The notes below the pieces were generated by a model. That model saw only the letters and a list, made by a program, of their open reading frames with translations. It was not told the origin of the DNA and searched no databases. 64,000 bases of DNA from Candidatus Pacearchaeota archaeon. Its GTDB lineage: Archaea > Nanobdellota > Nanobdellia > Pacearchaeales > DTIR01. The position numbers were made by a program, and so were the translations under genes. The stretch covers positions 506,164 to 570,163 of the forward strand of contig JAGVXL010000001.1 of NCBI GenBank assembly GCA_018303805.1, written 5' to 3'. The number at the start of each line of letters is the position of its first letter. Within the stretch, counting starts at the first letter, position 1. This document shows, piece after piece, positions 26,986-36,793 of this stretch.

Positions 26986-28767
26986 CTAGCTAACCAACAC
27001 CGCCTTGATTCTTCTCACGCCTGCGGCAACCGCCTCTTCCTTGACTATTTTGAATTTTCCAAGCTCCTTGGTGTTCTGCACATGCGGGCCTGCGCAAACC
27101 TCCTTGCTGAATTCCTGTCCTGCCTTGCCGATTGAATAAACTGATACTTTCTCTCCATATTTTCCATCGAAAAATGCCAATGCACCTTTCTTTCTTGCCT
27201 CTTCAAGTGTCATTTCTTCCCTCTTGACAGGCATTGCCTTTTCAATTTTTTCATTCACTATTGATTCAGTCTTCTTGATTTCCTCATCCGTCATTTTTTT
27301 ATCATGTGAGAAGTCAAATCGCAATCTTTCTGCTGTTATGTTGCTGCCTTTCTGTTGGATATGGCTGCCTAGAACTTCCCTCAATGCCTGACCAAGAATA
27401 TGTGTTGCAGTATGCAGTCTTGTTGTCTGCTCTGAAGTGTCTGCCAAACCTGACTTGAATTTTTTCTCACTTCCCTGCCTTGAAATTTCCTGATGCCTTT
27501 CAAATTCTTTTTTAAAGCCATTAACATCAACTTTTTTATCTTTTTCGTCTGCCAGCTCGCATGTCATCTCAATAGGAAAGCCAAATGACTGATACAGCAG
27601 AAAGGCATCCCTGCATAAAATTTTGTTCTTGCTCTTTTTGCAGATATTCTCAAATTCCTTCAATCCTCTTTCAAGAGTTCCCCTGAAAAGTGCCTCTTCT
27701 TTTTCAAGCTCTTCAATAATAAATTTCCTGTTTTTGCTGAGTTCAGAATAATCTTCCTGATAAATCCTGATAACCTCTTCTGCAATTTTTTCTGTGAAAT
27801 TTTCTTTTATACCAAGAATATTGCCATGCCTGATTGCTTTTCTTATCAATCCCCTGAGGATATAACCCTGGTCTTTTTTCCCGGGATGAATGCGCTTCTC
27901 ATCCCCTAAAATGAATACCGCAGCTTTTAAATGGTCTGCGATTATTCTGATGCTATTTTCCTGCCCCCCATTTTCATTTTTTATCCCTGCAATTTCCTTA
28001 ATCCTTTTTATTACTGGCAGAAAAACAGAAGTTTCATAGACATTCTTTTTTCCTTGCAGCATTGTAATTGTCCTTTCAACACCCATGCCAGTATCTACAT
28101 TCTTCTGCTTTAGTTTGGAGTATTTTCCCTCTGCTGTTTTGTTGTATTCCATGAAGACATCATTCCATATTTCAAAGTATTTGCCGCAGCTGCATCCTGG
28201 CCCGCATGTTTTTGAGCATGGCTTTTTGCCGGTATCAATGAACATTTCTGTGCATGGTCCGCAGGGCCCTGTCATTCCAGCAGGCCCCCAGAAATTATCG
28301 CTTTTTCCAAGCCAGTATATCCTTTCTCCAGGTATGCCAAGATTCTGCCATATTCTTGCAGATTCCCCATCTTTTGGCGCTTCCCCATCGCCTGCAAAAA
28401 CTGTTACATGTAATTGCCCTGGCTTGAATTTTAGTTCTTTTATTAAAAATTCAAAGCTCCATTCTATTGCCTCTTTTTTCCAGTAATCTCCCAAGCTCCA
28501 GTTTCCAAGCATTTCAAAAAAAGTGAGATGGGAACTGTCGCCTACAGAGCCAATGTCTGTTGTTCTTATGCATTTCTGCGCATTCACCAACCTCTTGCCT
28601 TGGGGATGCGGCTGCCCAAGCAAAAATGGAACAAGAGGATGCATTCCTGCGGTTGTAAAAAGAACTGTTGGGTCATGTTCAGGAATAAGGGATGCAGAAG
28701 GAATTATTTTATGCCCTTTCTTATGGAAAAATTCCAAATATCTCTTTATGAACTCTTTTCTTTCCAT
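26986..28767 (-). CDS. alaS: Alanyl-tRNA synthetase, short form lacking C-Ala domain
   Basis: LFTTAGMHP, FFEMLGNWS, DTGMGVER, editing HTATH...CAGPH; ends right after the editing domain. ATG 28767 preferred. Confidence 0.95.
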   Translation of the reverse strand: MERKEFIKRYLEFFHKKGHKIIPSASLIPEHDPTVLFTTAGMHPLVPFLLGQPHPQGKRLVNAQKCIRTTDIGSVGDSSHLTFFEMLGNWSLGDYWKKEAIEWSFEFLIKELKFKPGQLHVTVFAGDGEAPKDGESARIWQNLGIPGERIYWLGKSDNFWGPAGMTGPCGPCTEMFIDTGKKPCSKTCGPGCSCGKYFEIWNDVFMEYNKTAEGKYSKLKQKNVDTGMGVERTITMLQGKKNVYETSVFLPVIKRIKEIAGIKNENGGQENSIRIIADHLKAAVFILGDEKRIHPGKKDQGYILRGLIRKAIRHGNILGIKENFTEKIAEEVIRIYQEDYSELSKNRKFIIEELEKEEALFRGTLERGLKEFENICKKSKNKILCRDAFLLYQSFGFPIEMTCELADEKDKKVDVNGFKKEFERHQEISRQGSEKKFKSGLADTSEQTTRLHTATHILGQALREVLGSHIQQKGSNITAERLRFDFSHDKKMTDEEIKKTESIVNEKIEKAMPVKREEMTLEEARKKGALAFFDGKYGEKVSVYSIGKAGQEFSKEVCAGPHVQNTKELGKFKIVKEEAVAAGVRRIKAVLVS

Positions 28768-28837
28768 AGAAGCATAAACATAAGGCAATTTAATAAGTTT
28801 TTCTATGAAATGGCTTTGCACATTTTCCTCTTATAGA

Positions 28838-29224
28838 TTATTGCCTCTTACGAATGTTTATGTGCAAAGCCCTATAGAAGAATTCCCTATCCCAATTTCT
28901 CAAGCTGTTTACTTTTTCCTTGGTTTCCCTTGCCTCTTTTTTTAATGGCCTGAATTTTGCAGCTGCCTTCCTTGTTGCATGAGTTTCCACATCGCTTACA
29001 GGCAGCCCGCCTATAATCTTGTCTATTTCTGCTGCAATCTCCCTTATTTTTCCCCTGGTCTCTTCTTTTAGCTTAAACTCAGCTTTTCTCAGCTCCTTGG
29101 TTGAGATAATAGCTTTTATGATGTCAAGAAGATGCAGTTGTATCTCCAGCAAATCCCTTTTGTATTCAACTGCTTCAGAATTGAGAATCTCTACATGAAC
29201 TGCCTGAGTTTCCACATCTTTCAT
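28838..29224 (-). CDS. Hypothetical coiled-coil protein
   Basis: Helical, charged ORF. Confidence 0.6.
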   Translation of the reverse strand: MKDVETQAVHVEILNSEAVEYKRDLLEIQLHLLDIIKAIISTKELRKAEFKLKEETRGKIREIAAEIDKIIGGLPVSDVETHATRKAAAKFRPLKKEARETKEKVNSLRNWDREFFYRALHINIRKRQ

Positions 29225-29250
29225 TTTTATAAAAGAATTTCCGCATTGAT

Positions 29251-29739
29251 TCAGCCAATCTTGCTGAATAATCTTTCATCTATGATTTGTGCCTTTGCCT
29301 TGATATCCTCAACCTCTTTCTCCCAAGAGTCTAATTCCTCCTGTTCCTTTGCCTTTGTTTCTTTAATCTTTTTCAGCAGGTTATCAATATCCAATAGCTT
29401 TTCTTTTATTATCTCAAAATTAGCCAATGCTTCCTTAAATTTATCTATTTTCACAAAAATTGGCTCTTTTGCCCTGCTGTAACTCATCTCCCTTTCTGCA
29501 TGCATAACCATTGGCTCGCTTATTTCTTGTGTTACTGCCCTCTGTTCAGGCATGACAGCCCTTTCCTCCCTTCTGGCGGGCATAACAGGGAATGCTGCCG
29601 GTTGTGCCTGCATCCGGGGCATCTCAAGAGGCGGTCTAACCGCTTCTTTTATCTGCTGCATCTCTGAAAAATTAGGCAGTTCAGGCAGTTCAAATCTTTC
29701 AGCAGGCATCCCTTCCTTCTTTTTTCTAAATAGAGGCAT
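29251..29739 (-). CDS. Hypothetical protein (Pro-rich N-terminus, coiled-coil C-terminus)
   Basis: EPIFVKIDKFKEAL...EELDSWEKEV. Confidence 0.75.
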   Translation of the reverse strand: MPLFRKKKEGMPAERFELPELPNFSEMQQIKEAVRPPLEMPRMQAQPAAFPVMPARREERAVMPEQRAVTQEISEPMVMHAEREMSYSRAKEPIFVKIDKFKEALANFEIIKEKLLDIDNLLKKIKETKAKEQEELDSWEKEVEDIKAKAQIIDERLFSKIG

Positions 29740-29873
29740 TTTTCAATTTGGAGGCATTTTTCAATTCCCAAAAAAATGAGGAATATTATATAAATAGTTT
29801 TGCTAACATCCTATAGTGGTAACAGAAAAAGCAAAAATATTTATTCTCCAGTATATTCTGCTTTGAACTTAAA

Positions 29874-30500
29874 ATGCTGGACAAAATGCTCTATGATTTG
29901 GCAGAGGGTATAGTGGGAAAAAATGGGATAGCCATAATTGATATCCTGAAGGATAACAGGGATGTTAACGAATTTAAGATAGCAGAAAAGATGAAGCTGA
30001 CTATAAATCAGGTCAGGAACATACTCTACCGGCTCGATGCCCATGATATTGTCAGCTTTATCAGGAAGAAGGATAAGCGCAAGGGATGGTATATCTATTA
30101 CTGGTCTTTGGACAAGCTCAAGGCACTGAAGCTTTTCGTGAAGATGAAAGAAAGGGGGATACAGCAATTAAACCATGTGCTAGCAAGCCATGAGAATAAG
30201 AGATTTTTTAGATGCAATGGATGTGAAATAGAACTGACAGAAGAGAATGCCTTAACCCATGATTTTATCTGTTTAGAGTGCGGCAATCTCCTCGAGTTAA
30301 GCGACAATAAAGGAAAGATAGTTGAAATAAGAAAGAATATAACAAAAGAAAAGAAGATTTTGGAGTTAATACGGGCAGAGATGGCAAAGTTGAGTGTGGA
30401 GGAGCATAAGAAAATTGGCATGAAAGAAAAGCGCGCCAGGAAACAGGCAAAGCAAAAACCAAAGAAAAAGAGCAAAAAGGCAAAAGGCAGGAAAAAATGA
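29874..30500 (+). CDS. tfe: Transcription factor E (TFIIE alpha)
   Basis: wHTH (EFKIAEK..INQVRNILY, GWYIYYW) and Zn ribbon CNGC..CLECG. Confidence 0.92.
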   Translation: MLDKMLYDLAEGIVGKNGIAIIDILKDNRDVNEFKIAEKMKLTINQVRNILYRLDAHDIVSFIRKKDKRKGWYIYYWSLDKLKALKLFVKMKERGIQQLNHVLASHENKRFFRCNGCEIELTEENALTHDFICLECGNLLELSDNKGKIVEIRKNITKEKKILELIRAEMAKLSVEEHKKIGMKEKRARKQAKQKPKKKSKKAKGRKK

Positions 30501-31147
30501 TGAAAGATAGAAGAAACAGAAGCATAACTCTGCAGCTTATTATTGCCAATTCAATTTTTTTCTTAGCCATGCTGCCGATAACTTACAGGAATCCTGCCTG
30601 GGTTGATTACATTGCCTTGATTCCGTCAAAGATACTATCTTCGGAAAGGCTCTGGACTCTTGTGACAAGCATGTTCATGCATGCAAGCATCCCCCATCTG
30701 TTTGTTAACATGATGAGCCTCATGTTTCTGGGCTCATCTCTGGAAAGGATTATAGGAAGAAAGAGATTTGCTGTGTTCTACATTGTGTCAGGGATCTTCT
30801 CTGGCTTGTTTTTTGTTGCATCGGCATTCCTGTTCCGCCAGGATTTGAACATCGGCGCAGTAGGCGCTTCAGGCGCAATTTTTGGGATTGCAGGAATGCT
30901 TGCCGTGCTTGTCCCAAAACTGCCTGTGTATATCATGTTTATCCCTATTGCAATGCATATGTGGTTTGCAGTAATCTTGCTGCTGCTGGTGTTATGGATT
31001 TTCTCATTAGTATCAGGAGTGCCAATAGGCAATACCGCCCATCTAGGCGGCTTGATTATCGGCTTTGTTTATGGTTTTTATCTAAGAACAAGATACAAGA
31101 GAAAAGTGCTTATGCTAAATAAATTCCTGCTGCATAGGGGATTTTAG
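30497..31147 (+). CDS. Rhomboid intramembrane serine protease
   Basis: TSMFMHASIPHLFVNM, GASGAIFG, NTAHLGG. Confidence 0.94.
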   Translation: MMKDRRNRSITLQLIIANSIFFLAMLPITYRNPAWVDYIALIPSKILSSERLWTLVTSMFMHASIPHLFVNMMSLMFLGSSLERIIGRKRFAVFYIVSGIFSGLFFVASAFLFRQDLNIGAVGASGAIFGIAGMLAVLVPKLPVYIMFIPIAMHMWFAVILLLLVLWIFSLVSGVPIGNTAHLGGLIIGFVYGFYLRTRYKRKVLMLNKFLLHRGF

Positions 31148-31195
31148 GAAGTATTTTAAACTTAAAATATTTGTTAAGATAAGAAAAGAGGAAAA

Positions 31196-31588
31196 ATGCC
31201 TGAAGATACCAGCGAGGTTGCAGAATTATTGTCTGAATTCAATACGAAGATTTCTGACTTGGAATCAAGGCACGAATTACTGCGGGAGAGAGTGATAAGC
31301 TTTGGGGGCGGTTTTGTTAAGAGCAGGGATGACTTAAAAAAAGAGTTGAATCTGGTAAAGGGGGATATAAGCAAGCTGCAGGATACAATAGGGAATATCC
31401 AGGAGAATTTGCGTTATATTCTTGCTCAACTGGATAATTTTGTAAGAAAAGAGCAGTTGCAGACATTTGAGAAGTACATTAAGCTCTGGGAGCCGTTAAA
31501 ATTTGCCAGAACAGAGGATGTGCAGAAAATGATTGATGATGCCCTGCGAAATGAGGCAAATGCAGGCAAGGAGGCGTTAGCAGGATAA
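31196..31588 (+). CDS. Hypothetical coiled-coil protein
   Basis: Heptad-rich ORF; no family recognised. Confidence 0.7.
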   Translation: MPEDTSEVAELLSEFNTKISDLESRHELLRERVISFGGGFVKSRDDLKKELNLVKGDISKLQDTIGNIQENLRYILAQLDNFVRKEQLQTFEKYIKLWEPLKFARTEDVQKMIDDALRNEANAGKEALAG

Positions 31589-31628
31589 CCATAAAAAGTT
31601 ATAAAAAGGTTGCCTGCCAAACAATAAT

Positions 31629-32294
31629 ATGCCGGGAGTGATAGACACAATATTAGACCTGCAAAAAAAGGGGCTGAATGATACAGAGATAGTCGCGCAA
31701 CTCCGCAGCATGAATTATTCTGCGCAGGAGATAACAGACGCTGTAAATCAAATTAAGATTAAATCATCTGTGAATGGGAAAGAGGAGATGCAGCCCTCAA
31801 TTATGGAAGAGGGGGAAACAGAAGTGCCGCTGCCAAGCAAGAAAAAAAAGCTTAAAGTCGGCATGAAAGAGGCGCAATACCCCCCTTATGCAGCATATCC
31901 CCAATATGCCTCAACTTTCCAGAATGAGGAACAACAGCAACAGGCAGCGCAGCCGGACATAGAGATGATAGAGGAGATTGCAGAAGAGATAGTATCAGAA
32001 AAATTTTCTGAGATAAGGGACAAACTCTCGGCAGTTCTTGATTTCAGGGACAACATGGAAATCAGAATTACGAATCTGAATGACCGTCTGAAGAGAATGG
32101 AAGCGACAATTGACAGCCTGCAGACAGCAATACTAGGTAAGGTCCAGCAGTATAACCAGGATATCCGCTCATTGGGAAGCGAAATGCAGGCCCTGGAAGG
32201 TGCATTCGGCAAGATTTTAAACCCCCTTGTGGATAATGTCAAAGAGCTTGGCAGGATAACAGACAGGATCAAGACAAAAGAAAAGGCAAAGTAG
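31629..32294 (+). CDS. Hypothetical protein with long C-terminal coiled coil
   Basis: Helical N-domain, disordered linker, heptads IEEIAEEIVSEK... Confidence 0.75.
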   Translation: MPGVIDTILDLQKKGLNDTEIVAQLRSMNYSAQEITDAVNQIKIKSSVNGKEEMQPSIMEEGETEVPLPSKKKKLKVGMKEAQYPPYAAYPQYASTFQNEEQQQQAAQPDIEMIEEIAEEIVSEKFSEIRDKLSAVLDFRDNMEIRITNLNDRLKRMEATIDSLQTAILGKVQQYNQDIRSLGSEMQALEGAFGKILNPLVDNVKELGRITDRIKTKEKAK

Positions 32295-32321
32295 ATTTTT
32301 TCTCAGGGTAATTTATATTAT

Positions 32322-32816
32322 TCATTTCTTGCTCAGAAACCAGGATAAAATAGCCCCTATAACAAAAAGAACCAGCACGCCAAGCACCGTTGGCTGCAAA
32401 ACAGTGTCCTTGACATCAGCAACACTAATTCCAACAACTCCGAGATATCTGTTTACCAAATAGCCAAAAACATTTATGCCTGAAATGACAAATACAGCCA
32501 AGAGCATAATTATAAGGGCGGCGCTAAACCCTTTGCTCTTTATCAAATTAAAGTTTGAATGAACAAAGGTGAGGATAAGAACAAATAAAAACAGGCAGAC
32601 AAGAAAAACAGCAAGCCAGGGTGTTACTTTGAGGGTGTATGTTCTTGCTAATGGAGTAATCAAAAATATCATTGCGATGACAAAGCTTATCAGGAAGTTT
32701 ATTGATGTATTTTCTCCAAGAACTTTTGTTTTTGCCAGTAGGGCATAAATAAGTGTAATTACAAACAGAAAAGCAAGGACTGGCGCAAGATAAGCAAGTG
32801 AAAATTCAAGAGCCAT
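32322..32816 (-). CDS. Membrane protein, paralog 3 of tandem family
   Basis: FLFVITLIYALLAKTKVLGE..IN..IS motif shared with the two neighbours. Confidence 0.8.
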   Translation of the reverse strand: MALEFSLAYLAPVLAFLFVITLIYALLAKTKVLGENTSINFLISFVIAMIFLITPLARTYTLKVTPWLAVFLVCLFLFVLILTFVHSNFNLIKSKGFSAALIIMLLAVFVISGINVFGYLVNRYLGVVGISVADVKDTVLQPTVLGVLVLFVIGAILSWFLSKK

Positions 32817-32830
32817 TTTAATCCCGGGGT

Positions 32831-33334
32831 TTAGTCCTGTTCAGGCGTTGTTTTTGGCACAGTAAGAGTAACTATTATTCCTACTATTACAACCAAAGCA
32901 ATTACACCCCCACCCCATTGCTGCCACCAGTTGTTAGAAGTGAATGAAAAACCCCCGTAAGTGTAGGAAAGCATCACTATAAAGATTATGAATGCTATGC
33001 TTGCCAAGATGATATAATAAACACCCCTGGTTTTTGAAGTTATGAACATCCCTACGAGTATGACTAAGGAGAGCAGCACTGCTATTGCTATCCCTAATCT
33101 TGGAAAAATTTCAGAAAAAAATCTTGGCATAAAATCCCACTGCAATGAAAGCAAGCCAATGGCAACACCAATAATCACGTCTATGCCCCTTTGCCCTCCG
33201 AGCACCCTTGATTTTTGGAGTATGGCAAACACGACTGCAAACACCAATAGGAAAGGTATTAAAACTGAAAAAACTCCAAAAGACGCCCACATCTGAAGCA
33301 TTGCATCAAGCTGTGTGAATCCATAATATACCAT
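32831..33334 (-). CDS. Membrane protein, paralog 2 of tandem family
   Basis: PFLLVFAVVFAILQKSRVLGG motif. Confidence 0.8.
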   Translation of the reverse strand: MVYYGFTQLDAMLQMWASFGVFSVLIPFLLVFAVVFAILQKSRVLGGQRGIDVIIGVAIGLLSLQWDFMPRFFSEIFPRLGIAIAVLLSLVILVGMFITSKTRGVYYIILASIAFIIFIVMLSYTYGGFSFTSNNWWQQWGGGVIALVVIVGIIVTLTVPKTTPEQD

Positions 33335-33444
33335 TTTATTTTGTATATTTTAGATGTTTTTTGGTTTTTATATAGTTTTCTATCCTTTAGATTTTTATTA
33401 GGTTTTTGCTTGGCTTATTGGTTTTTATAAATCTTATCTTTTTT

Positions 33445-33497
33445 TGCTATTGTAGTTTTCTTCTACCCAAGGACTCTTCTTTTAGAAAAAGAAGAGG
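33445..33497. repeat. Intergenic copy of the tRNA-intron terminus plus hairpin
   Basis: TGCTATTGTAGTTTTCTTCTACC vs TGCTATTGTAGTTTCTCTACC at 18578; followed by CTCTTCTTT-tagaa-AAAGAAGAG. Confidence 0.75.
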
Positions 33498-33499
33498 GC

Positions 33500-34003
33500 T
33501 TACTCCTCTTTGCTTTCATTTTTGCCTTTCATTGCCACAATAATAACAACCAGGATTATAACAACGAAAACCACTGACTGGAGGACCATGTTCCCTGCAG
33601 AGCCCTTGCCTGTTTCAATAATCTTGCTGAGCCAGCCGGTACTCCACAAAACCGCTCCAATGAGTATGATTCCTGTAAGGATGGCTATTGCTATCCCTAA
33701 CCCTTTATTGATATTCCCCTCTTTTGTTGTGCCTCCGACAAAGCCAAGGATTATCATAAAAACCAGTATCAGGACAGCCAGAACAGCAATAACCGGCACG
33801 ACTTCAACTATAACAATTCTTGCCTGCTCAACTGCAATGAGGATAAACGCGATAACCAGGGAGATAATAGAATTTATCTGGTGCTTGCTGTCCCCAAGAA
33901 TCTTGGATTTTTCTAGAATAGCAAAAATTAATGTAAAGACAAGGGCAAAAGGCAAGACAATCTGGTTGAACCAGTCCCCCCCAAAAATGCCTAACGGTGC
34001 CAT
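33500..34003 (-). CDS. Membrane protein, paralog 1 of tandem family
   Basis: PFALVFTLIFAILEKSKILGD..IN.IIS motif. Confidence 0.8.
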   Translation of the reverse strand: MAPLGIFGGDWFNQIVLPFALVFTLIFAILEKSKILGDSKHQINSIISLVIAFILIAVEQARIVIVEVVPVIAVLAVLILVFMIILGFVGGTTKEGNINKGLGIAIAILTGIILIGAVLWSTGWLSKIIETGKGSAGNMVLQSVVFVVIILVVIIVAMKGKNESKEE

Positions 34004-34035
34004 TTTTCCAGTTGAGATAACTTAAACTGCAGTGA

Positions 34036-34329
34036 CTATGCTGTTTCTTCTTCTGTTTCCTCTGCAGCCTCTTCCTTGCTTGGCACGGCAGATTTGCTTA
34101 CAACAATTACGTCGCCTACCGCCTTAACAAATTGGTGCGGCACAATCAAGCCGCGAGCACCGCCAAGAAATGGTGCAAGGCTGGAGTCCTTTGCAATTCT
34201 GATGCGCCAGCCGTCAATCTTGTTCTCAACAAGGTTTGCCTCTTCAATTTCCCCAAAGTAGTCCCCCCCATCAGTGAATACCTTCATGCCGACGATTTCA
34301 GAAACTTTCCTTATTTTTAACATTTTCAA
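34036..34329 (-). CDS. PRC-barrel protein (CdpB-like)
   Basis: SEIVGMKVFTDGGDYFGEI...IVPHQFVKAVGDVIVV. Confidence 0.85.
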   Translation of the reverse strand: MKMLKIRKVSEIVGMKVFTDGGDYFGEIEEANLVENKIDGWRIRIAKDSSLAPFLGGARGLIVPHQFVKAVGDVIVVSKSAVPSKEEAAEETEEETA

Positions 34330-34421
34330 ACCTTTTGTTTTTTATTAAATTAAAATAAAAAGGCAACTTTATATACTTTTCTCTTTGCTGGGCTGTTCGC
34401 AATACGCTTTCTGCATATCTG

Positions 34422-35150
34422 TTAATCCCTGCCGTTTATAATCTCCTGCAGCCCCTTCCAGTTCCTTCCTATATTTATGTCAAATCCCTCATTTATTTTC
34501 TTCATGCTCCCTGCGACATTTATGCCCAAGCAATACTCAATGCTGCTCGCCTTTGCCCTGTCAACCATCTCCTTATCTTCTTCAGAATCCCCAGCTATGC
34601 TGATAATCTTCGGGGAGTATTTATTCACTAATTCGTCTACTACTTTGTATTTATCAAATTGCCTGTAATACCCCCTATCAAACCCTAAAATTGCCTGATA
34701 GGGCATTCCTATCTTCTCAACAGTCCTTGTTATAAGTATCTGTTTTTGGTGTGGGCAATGCTCTTCTAAATACCCAAAGAATTCTGTTATGCCTGGGTAC
34801 AACCTTTTGGCGGCATTCTCAATATTAACCTCTATTTTTGCCAGGTCCCTCTCAAATCTTGTGAAATATGTCCGCCATATTTCAAACCTGCTCTTTTTCC
34901 CCATCTTCATTATTTTCAGCAGGGAGAAAGCCCCCCAGATTAGCGTAAGCGGATTCTTGAAGAAATTTTTCTTTACAAATGCCCTCGTCGGAGAATGGGC
35001 AATTGAGTCGTCCAAATCAGAGACAAACAATTCAGAATTTAGAATTGCCCTTCTTACGTCTCCTATTGACAGATTGTCTTTTGCAATAACCCATTTATCC
35101 CATTCATATTTTGTTGGCTTTATTAGGTATTTCATGAGATAAGAAAACAC
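34422..35150 (-). CDS. HAD-superfamily-like protein
   Basis: SDLDDS (DxD motif I), LITR (motif II), AGDSEED (motif IV). Confidence 0.7.
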   Translation of the reverse strand: MFSYLMKYLIKPTKYEWDKWVIAKDNLSIGDVRRAILNSELFVSDLDDSIAHSPTRAFVKKNFFKNPLTLIWGAFSLLKIMKMGKKSRFEIWRTYFTRFERDLAKIEVNIENAAKRLYPGITEFFGYLEEHCPHQKQILITRTVEKIGMPYQAILGFDRGYYRQFDKYKVVDELVNKYSPKIISIAGDSEEDKEMVDRAKASSIEYCLGINVAGSMKKINEGFDINIGRNWKGLQEIINGRD

Positions 35151-35305
35151 AGGAGTTTATTTAAAGATTTTTTGGATATGTTTTTTATTGCTTTAAAGAA
35201 TTGAGGTAATCCAAGGCCAAAGTTCTCTCTTCTTTTTCCATCTTTTCTTCATTAAATGTGTCAAGCTTTATTGAGAAATAGCATTTATAATTCTCTTCTT
35301 TGAGC

Positions 35306-35893
35306 TTAGCTAAAATCTTTTTCATAAATCATTATTGCCCTTGCCTTAATATTGGAATCATCCTTAATTTCACCAGGCCCTATTAATGCTTCTGTACCGA
35401 CATATACATTTTTGCCTATTTTTACTTCTCCAACTGCGAAATAATCTATTCCATACTCATGAGCCCATAATCTTGCACAATCACCTATCAAGGTGTTATC
35501 ATCAACTGATATCAGTTCTGGATAGAAGTAATCAAATTGAACTCTTGGTGCTATTGTAACATCTTTTCCGAGATTTACACCTATTAATCTCAGCAGATTG
35601 TTCTTTATATCTAATTCTGGAAAGTAGGGAATTGACTTGCACAGTTCTATAATTCCTGCATTAAATGAGGTTCTATAAAAATTACTTACTTTGTACCAAC
35701 TATGCTCAGGAACTTCTATCCCATGAAAGAATACTCCTTTGTTACAGCAAGATAATTCTTTTAGCACTTCTTTATTTACCTCTTTAATATGTATTCTTTT
35801 CCCATTTCAGTTATTTGAAAGAAAAATGTCTCTTTTAGGATACCTCTCTTTTAATCTTGTGATTATATCATCAACAACTTTTTCAAGTTTCAT
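35306..35893 (-). pseudogene. YvoF-like hexapeptide-repeat O-acetyltransferase, split by an in-frame TGA (35807-35809)
   Basis: KNNLLRLIGVNLGKDVTIAP..DYFYPELISVDDNTLIG..LWAHEY. ATG 35893 lies 1 nt after the PHP stop and is in frame; the track ORF starts at GTG 35767. Confidence 0.65.
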
Positions 35894-35894
35894 T

Positions 35895-36791
35895 TTACCC
35901 TCTTGGCAATATCCTCCTTTCAATCTCTTTATGCATCTGGCTTATCCCTACAGGAATAGCATAAGAAAAAAGGAAGTGGCTGCGGGGCACATAGCCCTTG
36001 TTTACTTCATACTCCAGATTAAAAATCTTTTCTTTCAACGATTTTTGCAGTGCCTTTCCACTTTCCTTTTCAAAATCTGCAATATCTATTTCTATATTTG
36101 CAGTTCCGATTAAATCCAAATCATTCTTGCTTCTTGCATGCAAGTCGGTATCTGCTATAACAGGACAGTTAATCTTATTTTGTTTTAAAATCCCTGAAAA
36201 ATTTTCCAATTTCTTGTTTGTGTCGCTGAATCTTATATTTTCTCCGATTAATCTCAGGGTCGAGCAAAATAGCTTATCAATTCCTTTCTTAAGCAAAGGA
36301 ATTGAATAGCCATTCCATTCCAAGGCTATCTTGCTGTTGTAATCCTTGCACAACCCAAACAGGAAATCTTCATTTTCTTTGCTGATGTCAGAGTAGTTTA
36401 AAGCGACAAAGGGATGGTCAATAACAGCAAAAGAATCTGTTGACAAGGCAGCCTCAATATTTTTTCCCAGCCCTTCCTTCTGCTTTATGCCTTTTTGATT
36501 GCCGAAGACAAGCAAGTGAAAACCCCCTTTGTTTTCATATTCCCCGACATTGAGGATATATCTCTCCTTGTCATCCTCATTTGTTACTTTTATCGCAAGA
36601 GAGTCATTTGTGACTTTGAAAGGATTTTGAAGTTTGTCAAACTCTTTTCTTATATCATCAAAAATATCCCTGTTATAGCCGGCCAATCCAACAATATCAA
36701 TGCCTCTTGCATACATTGCTTCGACAATGCTTTCTGCGTTATAACTATTAAAATGCGGGTGAATATGAAAATCTATCTTTGCTTTTGCCAT
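35895..36791 (-). CDS. PHP-domain phosphoesterase
   Basis: IDFHIHPH, FHLL, IDHPF, ADTDLH. Confidence 0.8.
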   Translation of the reverse strand: MAKAKIDFHIHPHFNSYNAESIVEAMYARGIDIVGLAGYNRDIFDDIRKEFDKLQNPFKVTNDSLAIKVTNEDDKERYILNVGEYENKGGFHLLVFGNQKGIKQKEGLGKNIEAALSTDSFAVIDHPFVALNYSDISKENEDFLFGLCKDYNSKIALEWNGYSIPLLKKGIDKLFCSTLRLIGENIRFSDTNKKLENFSGILKQNKINCPVIADTDLHARSKNDLDLIGTANIEIDIADFEKESGKALQKSLKEKIFNLEYEVNKGYVPRSHFLFSYAIPVGISQMHKEIERRILPRG

Positions 36792-36793
36792 TT

